This document shows, one piece after another, positions 35,867 through 45,430 of a stretch of DNA of 64,000 bases. The stretch's first letter is position 1. Each line of letters opens with the position of its first letter. Origin of the DNA: Verrucomicrobiales bacterium (lineage in GTDB: Bacteria > Verrucomicrobiota > Verrucomicrobiia > Limisphaerales > J093); the NCBI GenBank assembly GCA_037445715.1, contig JBBIJZ010000002.1, forward strand, positions 30,269 to 94,268, in the 5' to 3' direction. The notes beneath the pieces are model-generated. The model saw nothing but the letters and a program-made list of their open reading frames with translations. It searched no databases and was not told the DNA's origin. Both the position numbers and the translations under genes were made by a program.

Positions 35867-35930
35867 AGGCCGTGCCGCTGCATCTGCGCCGCTCCCCCGG
35901 CAGTGCCGCAGCGCGGCCCGGCGCCACGCC

Positions 35931-35978
35931 GCCGGGCGGGTAGCCGGGCGGAACGGCCAGGTTGGCCGTACCACCCGG
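35931..35978. repeat. interspersed module R
   Basis: gccgggcgggtagccgggcggaacggccaggttggccgtaccacccgg here, against cccgggcgggtagcccggcggaacgggcaggttgcccgctccacccgg at 46541-46588. Confidence 0.75.
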
Positions 35979-36145
35979 GGCCAAAGCACACGCACCCCAA
36001 TCGCCAGCGCGCGTTGCATTTTCCCCCAACTTGCGGGATAGTGGTCCACACGGGCGGAAGCCCGGCGAAGCTGCGATAGGATCGGGGCTTCCGCCCACCG
36101 CCCGGCAGGTCCGGGCAAACCCTGAGCCAGGATGGTGCAGACACG

Positions 36146-39100
36146 ATGAGACCCAACGCTGTCCGATTGTTCATCACCTCGGCCCTCGCGGTCCTGGGCG
36201 CGGTGCTGCTGTGCTCGACGCGGGCGGCCGGACCGGAACGCCCCCGCATCGAAACCATCTCGGTCTCCGGTCAAACCGTGGTGGTCACCGTCCGGGTCCC
36301 GGCCGGGGTCCGCAAGGTGACCCTCGAGTCGCGCTCGCGGGTGGACGCCGGTGCGTGGGTGCCCCGGGCCGTCGAGCGCCTCGACGGCGCCGGCGGCACG
36401 GTCGCCTTCCGCCTGCCCCTCTCGGCGCAGATCGAGTTGTTGCGCGTGCGCGGCGACGCATCCGAACCGCTGCCCGCCGCGTTTTACACCGGCACCAACG
36501 AGTTCGGCGGCGCGGTTTCCACGGCCCCCCTCACCGATCCGTTCCGCAGGGACTCCTTCGACGACCTCACCGGCGCACCGGCCACCGAAGTCGGGGGCGA
36601 CGGCAACCGCACCGTGGTGGAGTCCGACATCTGGCAACTCCGCGGCGACACCCTCTACTTCTTCAACCAGTACCGCGGCTTGCAGGTGATCCGCCTGACG
36701 CCGCCCGACGCGCCCCGCGTGCTGGGCACCCTGCCCCTGGCCGCCGCCGGCGAGCAGTTGTACGTGGTGACCGACCCGAAAACCGGCGCGGACCGCGTGG
36801 TCTTGCTGGCCCGCAACGGCTGCGGTTGGGGCAATGACAACAACAGTCAGATTGTGATCGTGGACCCCGCGCCGGCGGGGGACGCCGACCCGACCGTTTT
36901 GACCCGGGTGGAGTTGCCCGGGTACATCCAGGAAAGCCGTCTGGTGGGCACGGCCCTGTACGTGGCCACGCAGCACTACCGTCCCGTCCCCGTGCGGCCC
37001 GGCCCGGACCAGGGCGGCGAAATCTGGCAATGGGAATACGGCACCCAGATCACGTCCCTTGACCTGGCCGACCCGGATGCGCCGCAGCGCCGCGATTCGC
37101 TCTGGTTCCCGGGCTACGGCAACGTCATCCACGCCACAGACCGGTTCCTGTTCGTGGTCCTGAACGACCCGGCCAACTGGTGGCAAAGCCAGGTCCAGCT
37201 CCTGGATTGCTCCGCCCCCGACGGCACGTTGCGGCTGGCCGGCACCCTCCGCGCGGCCGGACACGTGGCGGACAAGTTCAAACTCAACCTCGACGGCGAC
37301 GTGTTCACGGTGATCTCCGAGGTCAACCGTTGGTCACCCTCCGGCCGGGCCGTGAGCGTCCTGGAAACCTTCTCGCTGGCCGATCCCGCCCGGCCGCGCA
37401 AGCTCGGGCAACTCGAGGTCGGCCACGGCGAGGGCCTCTACGCCACCCGATTCGACGGCCCGCGCGCCTACCTGGTCACCTTCCTGCGCGTGGACCCGTT
37501 GTGGGTGGTGGACCTGCGCGACCCCGAGCACCCCCGGGTCTTCGGTGAGCTCGAAGTCCCCGGCTGGTCCACCTACATCCAGCCCCTGGGCGACCGCCTG
37601 GTGACCATCGGCCTGGACAACGCCAACGGCTGGCGCGTGGCCGTGTCGCTCTTCGACGTGCGCGACCCCGCCCGCCCGGCCCTGCTCGCCCGCGTGCCCC
37701 TGGGCGAAAGCCACTCCTGGAGCGAGGCCACCTGGGACGAAAAGGCCTTCGCCGTCCTGCCCGAGGCCGGGCTCATCCTCGTGCCCTACCAGAGCTGGAG
37801 CGACAGCGGTCAGGGCGCGCGTGTTCAACTGATTGACCTGGGGTCGGACTCGCTCAAACCGCGCGGCGTCATCGAGCACGCCTTCCAACCCCGCCGCGCC
37901 ACCGTCCACGGCGAACGCATCGTCTCGGTCTCGGGCCGCGAGTTGCTCAGCGTGGACGCCGCCGACCGCGATCAACCGCGCGTGGCGGCGCGCCTCGAAC
38001 TGTCCTGGCCGGTGGACGCCGTGTGGCCCGCGGGCGAGCACCTGATCGAGGTCTCCGGCACGGGGAACTGGTTGGACCCCGCCGCCTCGAGCGTGGTCCG
38101 GGTGGTCCGCGCCGCCGCGCCGGACGAGGTGTTGGCGCAATTGACCTTGCCTGACGGTGAACGCCTGTTGGCCGCCGCCCGCAACGACACCGCGCTTTTC
38201 GTCATCCAGGCCGACACGATGGAAAGCCCGGTGCCCGGCAAGGAAGAAGCCCCCGCGGAGCCGAAGAGTCGTGTGCGGGTGACTGCATTCAATCTCGCGG
38301 CCCTGCCGGCCCTCGAGGTCCTGGGCCGCTCGGAAGCCGAGGTGCCGGTGCTGGGCTGGGGTCAGCGTTTCCAGGCCCTCTGGCCGCGGCCCGGACTGCT
38401 GGTCCTGGCCAGCCAGGGCGGCGGCTGGAGTTGGTGGGGCGGTCCGGTGGGACCGGGGCTTGAAATCGGGATGGGCGATGCCGCCGTCCCGGGTCGGGGC
38501 CTGTGGTGGCCGGGCGGCTCCGGTGGGCGGTTGCTCGCTTTTCAAGTCGCGGACGCCACCGCGCCGGCACTGGTCTCCGACCTCGATCTGGGCGCCGGGC
38601 AAAACGGGTGGTTTGCGCCGGAGTCCTTCACCGCCGGCGGACTCGTTTTCCTGAGCCACCAGGCCAGCGAATTCCGCGAAGGGGTCCGCCTCCCCGGCCA
38701 GCCGGACCCGCAACCCTACGAGATTGTCCTCCCGGACGGCACCCGCGAGATCATCAACCCCCCGGTGGGCGTCTGGGTGACACGCCATTTCCTGGACGTG
38801 GTGGACTACGCCGACCCCGCCAACCCCACCGTGCGGCCGCCGGTGAACCTGCCCGGCCAACTGGTCGGCGTGACCGCCGAGGGCGCCCTGCTCTTCACCC
38901 GCGGCCCGCACTGGGACGCCCAGGGACAAAGCGACGGCGCAGAGTACCTTGACGCCTGCGCTTACGACGGCGTGACGGTCTCCCTGGTCGCCTCGCTCAA
39001 ACAACCCGCCGAATGGCCGCGCGCCTCCGCTGTGAACGACGCCGGCCTGGTCTGCCTGGCGCGGCCCGCGGCCTCCCCGGCCGAGGGTGGTGTGATCGAG

Positions 39101-39388
39101 GCCTGGCAACTGAACGCCGACGGCGCCTTCGAGTTGCGCGCCAGCGCCCCGCTGAAACAACCGGCCGATCAGCTCCAGGCACTCGGCCCCTTGCTGGCCG
39201 CCCGCACCGGCTCGGGAGTCACGGTCCTCCAAACCACCGATGCCGGCCTGACCCCGGTGGGACAAACCCTCGTCGCCGGTTGCTACTGGCCGGACCTGAC
39301 CCGCGCCGTGGCCGAGTCCGGCCGGACGCTATGGCTGCCGCTGGGCGAATACGGCCTGCTGACCGTGCCGCTGGCGCCGGCGCCCTGA
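36146..39388 (+). CDS. secreted beta-propeller-domain protein (PF09826-like), 1,080 aa
   Basis: Signal peptide. SDIWQLRGDTLYFFN, GYIQESRLVGTALYVAT, ATRFDGPRAYLVTFLRVDPLWVVDL and GWSTYIQPLGDRLVTIG match my recollection of the secreted Beta_propel family. Confidence 0.7.
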   Translation: MRPNAVRLFITSALAVLGAVLLCSTRAAGPERPRIETISVSGQTVVVTVRVPAGVRKVTLESRSRVDAGAWVPRAVERLDGAGGTVAFRLPLSAQIELLRVRGDASEPLPAAFYTGTNEFGGAVSTAPLTDPFRRDSFDDLTGAPATEVGGDGNRTVVESDIWQLRGDTLYFFNQYRGLQVIRLTPPDAPRVLGTLPLAAAGEQLYVVTDPKTGADRVVLLARNGCGWGNDNNSQIVIVDPAPAGDADPTVLTRVELPGYIQESRLVGTALYVATQHYRPVPVRPGPDQGGEIWQWEYGTQITSLDLADPDAPQRRDSLWFPGYGNVIHATDRFLFVVLNDPANWWQSQVQLLDCSAPDGTLRLAGTLRAAGHVADKFKLNLDGDVFTVISEVNRWSPSGRAVSVLETFSLADPARPRKLGQLEVGHGEGLYATRFDGPRAYLVTFLRVDPLWVVDLRDPEHPRVFGELEVPGWSTYIQPLGDRLVTIGLDNANGWRVAVSLFDVRDPARPALLARVPLGESHSWSEATWDEKAFAVLPEAGLILVPYQSWSDSGQGARVQLIDLGSDSLKPRGVIEHAFQPRRATVHGERIVSVSGRELLSVDAADRDQPRVAARLELSWPVDAVWPAGEHLIEVSGTGNWLDPAASSVVRVVRAAAPDEVLAQLTLPDGERLLAAARNDTALFVIQADTMESPVPGKEEAPAEPKSRVRVTAFNLAALPALEVLGRSEAEVPVLGWGQRFQALWPRPGLLVLASQGGGWSWWGGPVGPGLEIGMGDAAVPGRGLWWPGGSGGRLLAFQVADATAPALVSDLDLGAGQNGWFAPESFTAGGLVFLSHQASEFREGVRLPGQPDPQPYEIVLPDGTREIINPPVGVWVTRHFLDVVDYADPANPTVRPPVNLPGQLVGVTAEGALLFTRGPHWDAQGQSDGAEYLDACAYDGVTVSLVASLKQPAEWPRASAVNDAGLVCLARPAASPAEGGVIEAWQLNADGAFELRASAPLKQPADQLQALGPLLAARTGSGVTVLQTTDAGLTPVGQTLVAGCYWPDLTRAVAESGRTLWLPLGEYGLLTVPLAPAP

Positions 39389-39439
39389 ACACCGGCCCGC
39401 TTCATTGACAACCCGCGGCCCGGCCCGCACAACGGGCGC

Positions 39440-40123
39440 ATGCACCGCACCGCCCTGATCACCGGGGCCACCCGCGGCATCGGCCGTGAAGTGGCCCGCC
39501 AACTCCGCGCCGCCGGGTTCACCGTGTTCGTCACCGGCCGCGATACCGCGGCCCTGGCCGCGTTGCAGCGCGAGCTGGATTGCCCCGGCCGTCCCGCCGA
39601 CCTGGCCGACGCCGGCGCCGTCCCCGACCTGTATGCCGCCGCGCGCGCCGCCCTCGGCCAGGTGGACGTGCTGGTGAACAACGCCGGCTTCAACAAGGCC
39701 CGGGAACCCATCCCGCAAATCACCGCCGCCGACCTCGACGCCGCGTACGCCGTGAACGTCCGCGCCCCCATCCTCCTGGCCCGCGAGGCGCTCCGCGACA
39801 TGGCCGCCCGGCGCACCGGCCACATCGTCAACGTCCTCAGCAGCATCGTGCACGTGAAGATGGAGAACTACGCCATCTACACCGCCATGAAGCACGCCCT
39901 GCACGGCTTCACCGGCTGCCTCCTCAAGGAGGCCCGCGCCGCCGGCGTGAAGGTCACCGCCGTCTATCCCGGCGGCGTCAACACCACCTTCCGGCCCCAG
40001 CCGCGCCCGGACTACCTGCGCCCGGAGTCCGCCGCGCACATGATCGTCCGGTGCATTACCGCCCCCGAGGACGTGGTGGTGCACGAACTGACCTTTCGCC
40101 CGATGGTCGAAACCAATTTCTAG
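39440..40123 (+). CDS. SDR-family oxidoreductase
   Basis: TGATRGIGREVA, NNAG, catalytic Y-x3-K in YTAMKHAL. Confidence 0.85.
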   Translation: MHRTALITGATRGIGREVARQLRAAGFTVFVTGRDTAALAALQRELDCPGRPADLADAGAVPDLYAAARAALGQVDVLVNNAGFNKAREPIPQITAADLDAAYAVNVRAPILLAREALRDMAARRTGHIVNVLSSIVHVKMENYAIYTAMKHALHGFTGCLLKEARAAGVKVTAVYPGGVNTTFRPQPRPDYLRPESAAHMIVRCITAPEDVVVHELTFRPMVETNF

Positions 40124-40128
40124 CCCGC

Positions 40129-41064
40129 ATGATCCTCTGCCTCGGCCCCACGCCGGCCGTCCAGCGCGTGATGGTCTTTCCCCGCCTCACCCTGGACGCC
40201 GTCAACCGCGCCGCGACCACCCTCGACGGCGCGGCCGGCAAGGCGATCAACGTGGCCAAGGTGCTGCACGCCCTGGGCGAGCGCCCGCTGGCCACCGGCT
40301 TTCTGGGCGGCGACCGCGGCGAGTACTTGCGCGCCGTGCTGCGCGAACGCGGCATCGCGCAGGATTTCGTCACCGTGCCCGAGCGCACCCGGCAGTGCGT
40401 GACCGTGATTGATGAGACCGGCGGCACCGTGACCGAACTGGTCGAGGAAAGCCGCGCGGTCGCGCCCGCCGCCTACGCGGAACTGGCCGCGGTGCTGGAA
40501 CGCCACCTGCCCGAATGCCGCGCCGTGATCCTGTCCGGCACCCTCACTCCCGGCGGACCGGTGGACTTTTACCGGCGCTGCGTGGCCCTGGCCCGCGCCG
40601 CCGGGCGGTTCACCGGGGTGGACGCCCAGGGGCCGCCGCTGGTGGAAGCCCTCGCCGCCCGGCCCGGCCTGGTGAAACCCAACCGGGCCGAGCTGGCCGC
40701 CACCACCGGCCGCGCGCTGCCGGATGAAGCCGCCGTGCTGGCCGCCGCGCGTGCGTTGCGCGAGCGCGGCGCAGAGCGCGTGGTTGTCACCGCCGGGGCT
40801 TCCCCCACCCTCGCCTGCGATGACCGCACGGCCTGGCGCATTCACCCGCCGCGCCTCCGCCCGGTCAACCCCATCGGCTCGGGCGACGCCTTCACGGCCG
40901 CGCTGGTCGCCCGATTGTTGCGGGGCGATGACCTGGGCGAGGCCTGTCGCTGGGGCGCGGCCGCCGGCGCGGCCAACGCCCTGCACCTCATGGCCGGCGA
41001 AGTCGAAGCCGCTCGGGTCGAGACCCTGGCCCGCGAAGTCCGGGTCGAGCCGCTGCCGCTCTGA
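40129..41064 (+). CDS. PfkB-family sugar kinase (1-phosphofructokinase/tagatose-6-P kinase-like)
   Basis: Listed ORF 39580..41064 trimmed to ATG 40129 (MILCLGPTPAVQRV). GKAINVAKVL. C-terminal NPIGSGDAFTAAL. Confidence 0.8.
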   Translation: MILCLGPTPAVQRVMVFPRLTLDAVNRAATTLDGAAGKAINVAKVLHALGERPLATGFLGGDRGEYLRAVLRERGIAQDFVTVPERTRQCVTVIDETGGTVTELVEESRAVAPAAYAELAAVLERHLPECRAVILSGTLTPGGPVDFYRRCVALARAAGRFTGVDAQGPPLVEALAARPGLVKPNRAELAATTGRALPDEAAVLAAARALRERGAERVVVTAGASPTLACDDRTAWRIHPPRLRPVNPIGSGDAFTAALVARLLRGDDLGEACRWGAAAGAANALHLMAGEVEAARVETLAREVRVEPLPL

Positions 41065-41162
41065 GCCGGGACCCTACCGCCTTCGCGAGGGTGAAATGCG
41101 CCGCCGGCCCGTGGCGAGAGGCCGTCCGCCCACCGCAGCCGCACCTGGTGACACCGCGTCCC

Positions 41163-41220
41163 CGGTAGGGCCGCGCTGCGACGCGGCCGGGAGCGGCGCC
41201 GGCGCAGCGGCGCCCTACCG
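41163..41220. repeat. palindromic module P, inverted relative to the 35.6-kb copy
   Basis: cggtagggc (41163-41171) ... gccctaccg (41212-41220). Its reverse complement, ggtagggcgccgctgcgccggcgccgctcccggccgcgtcgcagcgcggccctacc, aligns with 35585-35642. Confidence 0.8.
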
Positions 41221-41244
41221 CGGGTGCGAGGGATGGCGGCTCCC

Positions 41245-41409
41245 GAAGTCCGCGAAGCGCCTGGAGTCGCCAGCTTGCTGGCGCTGTCAGAGCGACGCCA
41301 AGAGGCTCCGGCGGCCGGCAGAGCGCATCTCCATTTCCTGCCGTGACCGGTTTGGGTCGGAGCGGCAGACTTCCTCGTCTGCCGTAGCGCGGGTTTCCCA
41401 ACCCGCCGG
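41245..41409. repeat. interspersed module Q (165 bp)
   Basis: Aligns end to end with 46304-46469, roughly four-fifths identical by eye. Contains hairpins cgccagc-ttg-ctggcg and gcgggtt-tccc-aacccgc. Confidence 0.85.
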
Positions 41410-41450
41410 TCCCTGGCTTCCCCCGCGCCGCTAGTGGGGAAACCGGCGCG

Positions 41451-42422
41451 ATGACCGTGGCAACCAAAGGGAACGCGCCGGGCATCGGCGCGCGTGAAAT
41501 CGCCTTGGAAACTCCCGGCGACCGGGCTACCTTCCGCGCCATGCTCGGCCGAAGTCCTGGCCAACCTGTCCTTGCCCGCCCCACTCCGGAGCGTGGCCGG
41601 CGGCGGGGTCCGTGTCGGGCCGGGGGGTTCACGCTCATCGAGTTGTTGGTGGTGCTGGCCGTGATTGCGGTGCTGGTCGGGCTGTTGCTGCCGGTGCTGA
41701 GCCGGTCGAAGGAGGAAGCCCGTAGCATCGCCTGCCGCAACCACCTCAAGCAGCTTCAGATTTGCGTCCACCTCTATGCCGTGGACCACGCGGACACCCT
41801 TCCCCCCAACAATTACGTGTACAACCTCGAGACCGAGGCGCCCGACCCGGTGGCCTTCAGTACCAACATGACCTGGTGCCCCGGCAACACCCGCCTGGAC
41901 CTGACCCCGGCCAACATCGAGCGCGGCCTGCTCTTCCCCTACAACCGCTCGACCGCCATTTACCACTGCCCCTCGGACCGCTCCTACGTCGAGACCGAGG
42001 AGGGCCGCCGCCTGCGCCGGTTGCGCACCCGCAGCTACAACATGAGCCAGGCCATCAACGGCGCCCCGGTCGAGGAGGACTATTACGGCCCGCCCGGCTT
42101 CGCCAAGGAATCCCAGATTGACCGCCCCGCCCCCACCGAGCTGTTCGTGTTTCTGGACGTGCACGAAGACGGCATCCTCGACTCCCTCTTCGGCATCCCC
42201 CCGCCGGGCTGGGAACGCTTCATGGACCTGACCTGGTGGGACCTGCCGGCGGACCGCCACAACCGCGGCTGCAATCTGTCCTTCGCCGACGGCCACGTCG
42301 AGCGCTGGCGCTGGCTGGCGCCAAAGATTTTCGTGACGCTCGGGCAGGCGCCCGCCAGCCCGGAGGAGTGGCGGGACTTCGAGCGCCTCCGCGCCCGGGT
42401 CAAACCCGAGACGCGCTTTTGA
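41451..42422 (+). CDS. prepilin-leader / H-X9-DG (DUF1559-like) protein
   Basis: Type IV pilin-like N-terminus GFTLIELLVVLAVIAVLVGLLLP. H-X9-DG motif HNRGCNLSFADGH near the C-terminus. An alternative start at ATG 41541 is possible. Confidence 0.8.
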   Translation: MTVATKGNAPGIGAREIALETPGDRATFRAMLGRSPGQPVLARPTPERGRRRGPCRAGGFTLIELLVVLAVIAVLVGLLLPVLSRSKEEARSIACRNHLKQLQICVHLYAVDHADTLPPNNYVYNLETEAPDPVAFSTNMTWCPGNTRLDLTPANIERGLLFPYNRSTAIYHCPSDRSYVETEEGRRLRRLRTRSYNMSQAINGAPVEEDYYGPPGFAKESQIDRPAPTELFVFLDVHEDGILDSLFGIPPPGWERFMDLTWWDLPADRHNRGCNLSFADGHVERWRWLAPKIFVTLGQAPASPEEWRDFERLRARVKPETRF

Positions 42423-42480
42423 CGGGTGCGCGGACGCCTGCACGCTTGCCCGTGCGGCCCGACGGCTTACCCTGCCGGCG

Positions 42481-43167
42481 ATGTTCAAACCGGCCGACCT
42501 GTTCGACCTGACCCAGACCGCCCACGCGGGCTTGTTTGAGGGCTGCGAATACGCCTGGGAGGCCCTGGCTCGCCTGCGCGCCCACCTCGAACAACACCTC
42601 CGGCCCGCGCGGCTGGGCCGGTGCGCCGCCGGGGCGTGGATCGGGGCCGACGTGTTCCTGGGCGAGGGCACGGTGGTCGAGGACGGCGCCACCATCAAGG
42701 GCCCGGCCTGGATCGGCCGCGACTGTACCATCCGTCAGGGCGCGTACATCCGCGAGCATGTCATCGTGGGCGATGGTTGCCTGGTGGGCCACGCCTGCGA
42801 GATCAAACACTCCGTCCTGTTTAACCGCTGCGAAGTGCCGCACTTCAACTACGTGGGCGACGCGATCCTGGGCTTCCGGGCCCACCTGGGCGCGGGCGTG
42901 ATCGTCTCGAACCTCAAGCTCGCCCCGGGCAACGTCACCGTGGAAGTGGACGGCCGGCCGCTGGACACCGGCCTGCGCAAGTTCGGCGCGCTGGTGGGCG
43001 ACCACGCCCAGGTCGGCTGCAACGCCGTGCTCAACCCCGGCAGCATCCTGGGCCGGGGCGCCCTGATCTATCCGGGGGTGAACTGGCGCGGCTTCCTGCC
43101 GGCCAACCTGATCGCCAAAAACAAGAGCGCAGTGGAGGTGGTCCCCCGCCGGCCGCGCGCGAACTGA
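42481..43167 (+). CDS. hexapeptide-repeat (left-handed beta-helix) transferase, GlmU C-terminal-like
   Basis: Continuous hexapeptide periodicity, e.g. IGADVFLGEGTVVEDGATIKGPAWIGRDCTIRQGAYIREHVIVGDGCLVG. Confidence 0.65.
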   Translation: MFKPADLFDLTQTAHAGLFEGCEYAWEALARLRAHLEQHLRPARLGRCAAGAWIGADVFLGEGTVVEDGATIKGPAWIGRDCTIRQGAYIREHVIVGDGCLVGHACEIKHSVLFNRCEVPHFNYVGDAILGFRAHLGAGVIVSNLKLAPGNVTVEVDGRPLDTGLRKFGALVGDHAQVGCNAVLNPGSILGRGALIYPGVNWRGFLPANLIAKNKSAVEVVPRRPRAN

Positions 43168-43200
43168 ACATCCCCCCGACCCGGGCAGTCCGGACCCGCC

Positions 43201-45336
43201 ATGATCGGCACCCTTGAAACTCCGCCCACCGGCGCCGCCGACTTGGCGGCGTTTACCCGGCATTTTTTCTCGCCCGAGGGCGTGCTGGCGCGGGCCAAAA
43301 ACTTCGAGTACCGCCCCCAGCAGCAGCAGATGGCCGTGGCCGTGGCCGAGGCCCTGACCCGCGGTGAACACCTCATCGTCGAGGCCGGCACGGGCGTGGG
43401 CAAGAGCCTCGCCTACCTGGTGCCCGCCATTCTGTACGCGGTCGAGCATCAAAAGAAGGCCATTGTCTCGACCCACACCATCAACCTCCAGGAGCAGCTC
43501 ACCGAGAAGGACCTGCCCCTGCTCGAGCGCATCCTGCCGGTGAAGTTCACCTACACCATGCTCAAGGGCCGGGCCAATTACCTCTGCACCCGCCGCCTCC
43601 ACAAGGCGCTCCAACAGGCGCCCCAGCTCTTCACCTCCACCGAACAGCAGGAGCTGGCCCGCATCCTCGAATGGTCCCGCACCACCCGGGACGGCAGCCT
43701 GTCCGACTTCGACGAGGAACCCGACCCCAAGGTCTGGGCGCAAGTCTGCTCCGAGCGCGGGCTGTGTTCGCCCCGGCTCTGCGGCGCCGGCTCGGAGTTC
43801 GTCAAGGCCGGTGGTGAACCGTGCTTCTTCCAGCGGGTGCGCAGCCGCATCCTCTCGGCCGACGTGCTGGTGCTCAACCACACCCTGTTCTTCATGCACC
43901 TGGGCGGGATCGAGGAAAGCGTCGAGGACGGCGTGCTGTTCAAAAACGACTTTGTCATCTTCGACGAGGCCCACACCCTCGAGGCGGTGGCCTCCAAACA
44001 CATCGGCGTGAGCGTCTCGAGCAGCCAGTTGCGCTTCGCCCTCCAACGGCTCTGGAACCCGCGCACGCAAAAGGGCCTCCTGGCCCTCCTCCGCCAGGGC
44101 CGCGCCGTCGAACTGGTCGCCGAGGTCTTCAAACAGAGCGACGAGTTCTTCGCCGCGGTCGAGGCCGCCTGCGATGCCCTGCACGCGCAGGCCCGCGACA
44201 CCGCGCGCGCGGCCGGCCGGGGCAACGGCGAGTCGGCCGAGGGCGGTCCGTCCGGCGCGCGCCGGAGCTGGGGGGAGTTGCGCATCCGCCGACCCGAGCT
44301 GGTGCCGGACACGCTCACCCTGCCGCTGCGGCGGGTTTCCGAGGCGGTGCGCGAGTTGATTGACCTGGCCGAGGACAAGGACACCGCCAGCGAGCTGCTC
44401 GAGTGCAACCGCCGCCTGGGCGAGTTGCGCGAGGCCCTGGGCGTGTTCCTCAACCAGAGCGCCGCCGACCACGTGTACTGGGTCGAGCGCGCCGGCAAGG
44501 CCCAGAAAAACCTGGCCCTCAACGCCGCTCCGGTGGACGTGGCCGACTTCCTGCGCCGCCGGCTCTTCGCCAGCGACACCTCGGTCATCCTCACCAGCGC
44601 CACGCTGGCGATGGACACCAAACACCTCGGCCAGCCCACCCAACCCCGCCCCGGCAGCCGCGAGGGCCTCAACTACATCGCCCACCGCGTGGGGGCCGAC
44701 GACGCCACGCTGCTGCAGGTCGGCTCGCCCTTCGACTTCGCGCGGCAGATGCGCGTGTACGTGGCGGGCAAGATGCCCGATCCGCGGGACGCCGGTTATC
44801 GCCCGGCGCTGGTCAAGTGGATCAAACACTTCATCCGGCTCACCCACGGCAAGGCGTTCGTGCTCTTCACCAACACCCGGCTGATGCAGGAACTGGCCGA
44901 GGAACTGGAACCTTTCTTCGCGGAGCTGGGCGTGCAGTGCTTCGTGCAGGGCACCGGCATGCCGCGCTCGACCATGCTCGAACGCTTCAAGGCGGATGTG
45001 GACTCGGTCCTCTTCGGCACCGACAGCTTCTGGCAGGGCGTGGACGTGCCCGGCGAGGCCCTCAGCAACGTGATCATCACCCGCCTGCCCTTCGCCGTGC
45101 CCGACCACCCCTTGATCGAGGCCCGGCTCGAACGCATCGAGGCCGCCGGCGGCAACGCCTTCATGGACCTCTCCCTGCCCGAGGCCGTGCTCAAGTTCCG
45201 CCAGGGCGTGGGCCGGCTCATCCGCACCAAGACCGACACCGGCATCGTGGCGGTGCTCGACAACCGCGTCCTGACCAAACGCTACGGCCGCGCCTTCCTG
45301 GACGCCCTGCCCCAATGCCCCGTGGAAATCGTCTGA
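43201..45336 (+). CDS. dinG: DinG/Rad3-family ATP-dependent DNA helicase with Fe-S cluster domain
   Basis: Walker A EAGTGVGKS. DEAH box in IFDEAHTLE. Four-Cys cluster VCSERGLCSPRLCG...EPCFF. C-terminal helicase motifs GVDVPGE and FRQGVGRLIR. Confidence 0.85.
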   Translation: MIGTLETPPTGAADLAAFTRHFFSPEGVLARAKNFEYRPQQQQMAVAVAEALTRGEHLIVEAGTGVGKSLAYLVPAILYAVEHQKKAIVSTHTINLQEQLTEKDLPLLERILPVKFTYTMLKGRANYLCTRRLHKALQQAPQLFTSTEQQELARILEWSRTTRDGSLSDFDEEPDPKVWAQVCSERGLCSPRLCGAGSEFVKAGGEPCFFQRVRSRILSADVLVLNHTLFFMHLGGIEESVEDGVLFKNDFVIFDEAHTLEAVASKHIGVSVSSSQLRFALQRLWNPRTQKGLLALLRQGRAVELVAEVFKQSDEFFAAVEAACDALHAQARDTARAAGRGNGESAEGGPSGARRSWGELRIRRPELVPDTLTLPLRRVSEAVRELIDLAEDKDTASELLECNRRLGELREALGVFLNQSAADHVYWVERAGKAQKNLALNAAPVDVADFLRRRLFASDTSVILTSATLAMDTKHLGQPTQPRPGSREGLNYIAHRVGADDATLLQVGSPFDFARQMRVYVAGKMPDPRDAGYRPALVKWIKHFIRLTHGKAFVLFTNTRLMQELAEELEPFFAELGVQCFVQGTGMPRSTMLERFKADVDSVLFGTDSFWQGVDVPGEALSNVIITRLPFAVPDHPLIEARLERIEAAGGNAFMDLSLPEAVLKFRQGVGRLIRTKTDTGIVAVLDNRVLTKRYGRAFLDALPQCPVEIV

Positions 45337-45430
45337 ACCGGCCCCCAGCCGCCGCCCACCTGCCCCGACCCCGGCGCCGCGACGCCTCCGGGCTTGCAAA
45401 TCACCACCCGCCGGTTAAACCGGCTCCGCC

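Noticed and set aside
35639-37264. Long minus-strand ORFs crossing the repeat-rich spacers (35639..37264, 40842..42731, 46099..46662, 35112..36098).
   Set aside because: They run through interspersed hairpin repeats and antisense to well-supported genes. Their products are low complexity.
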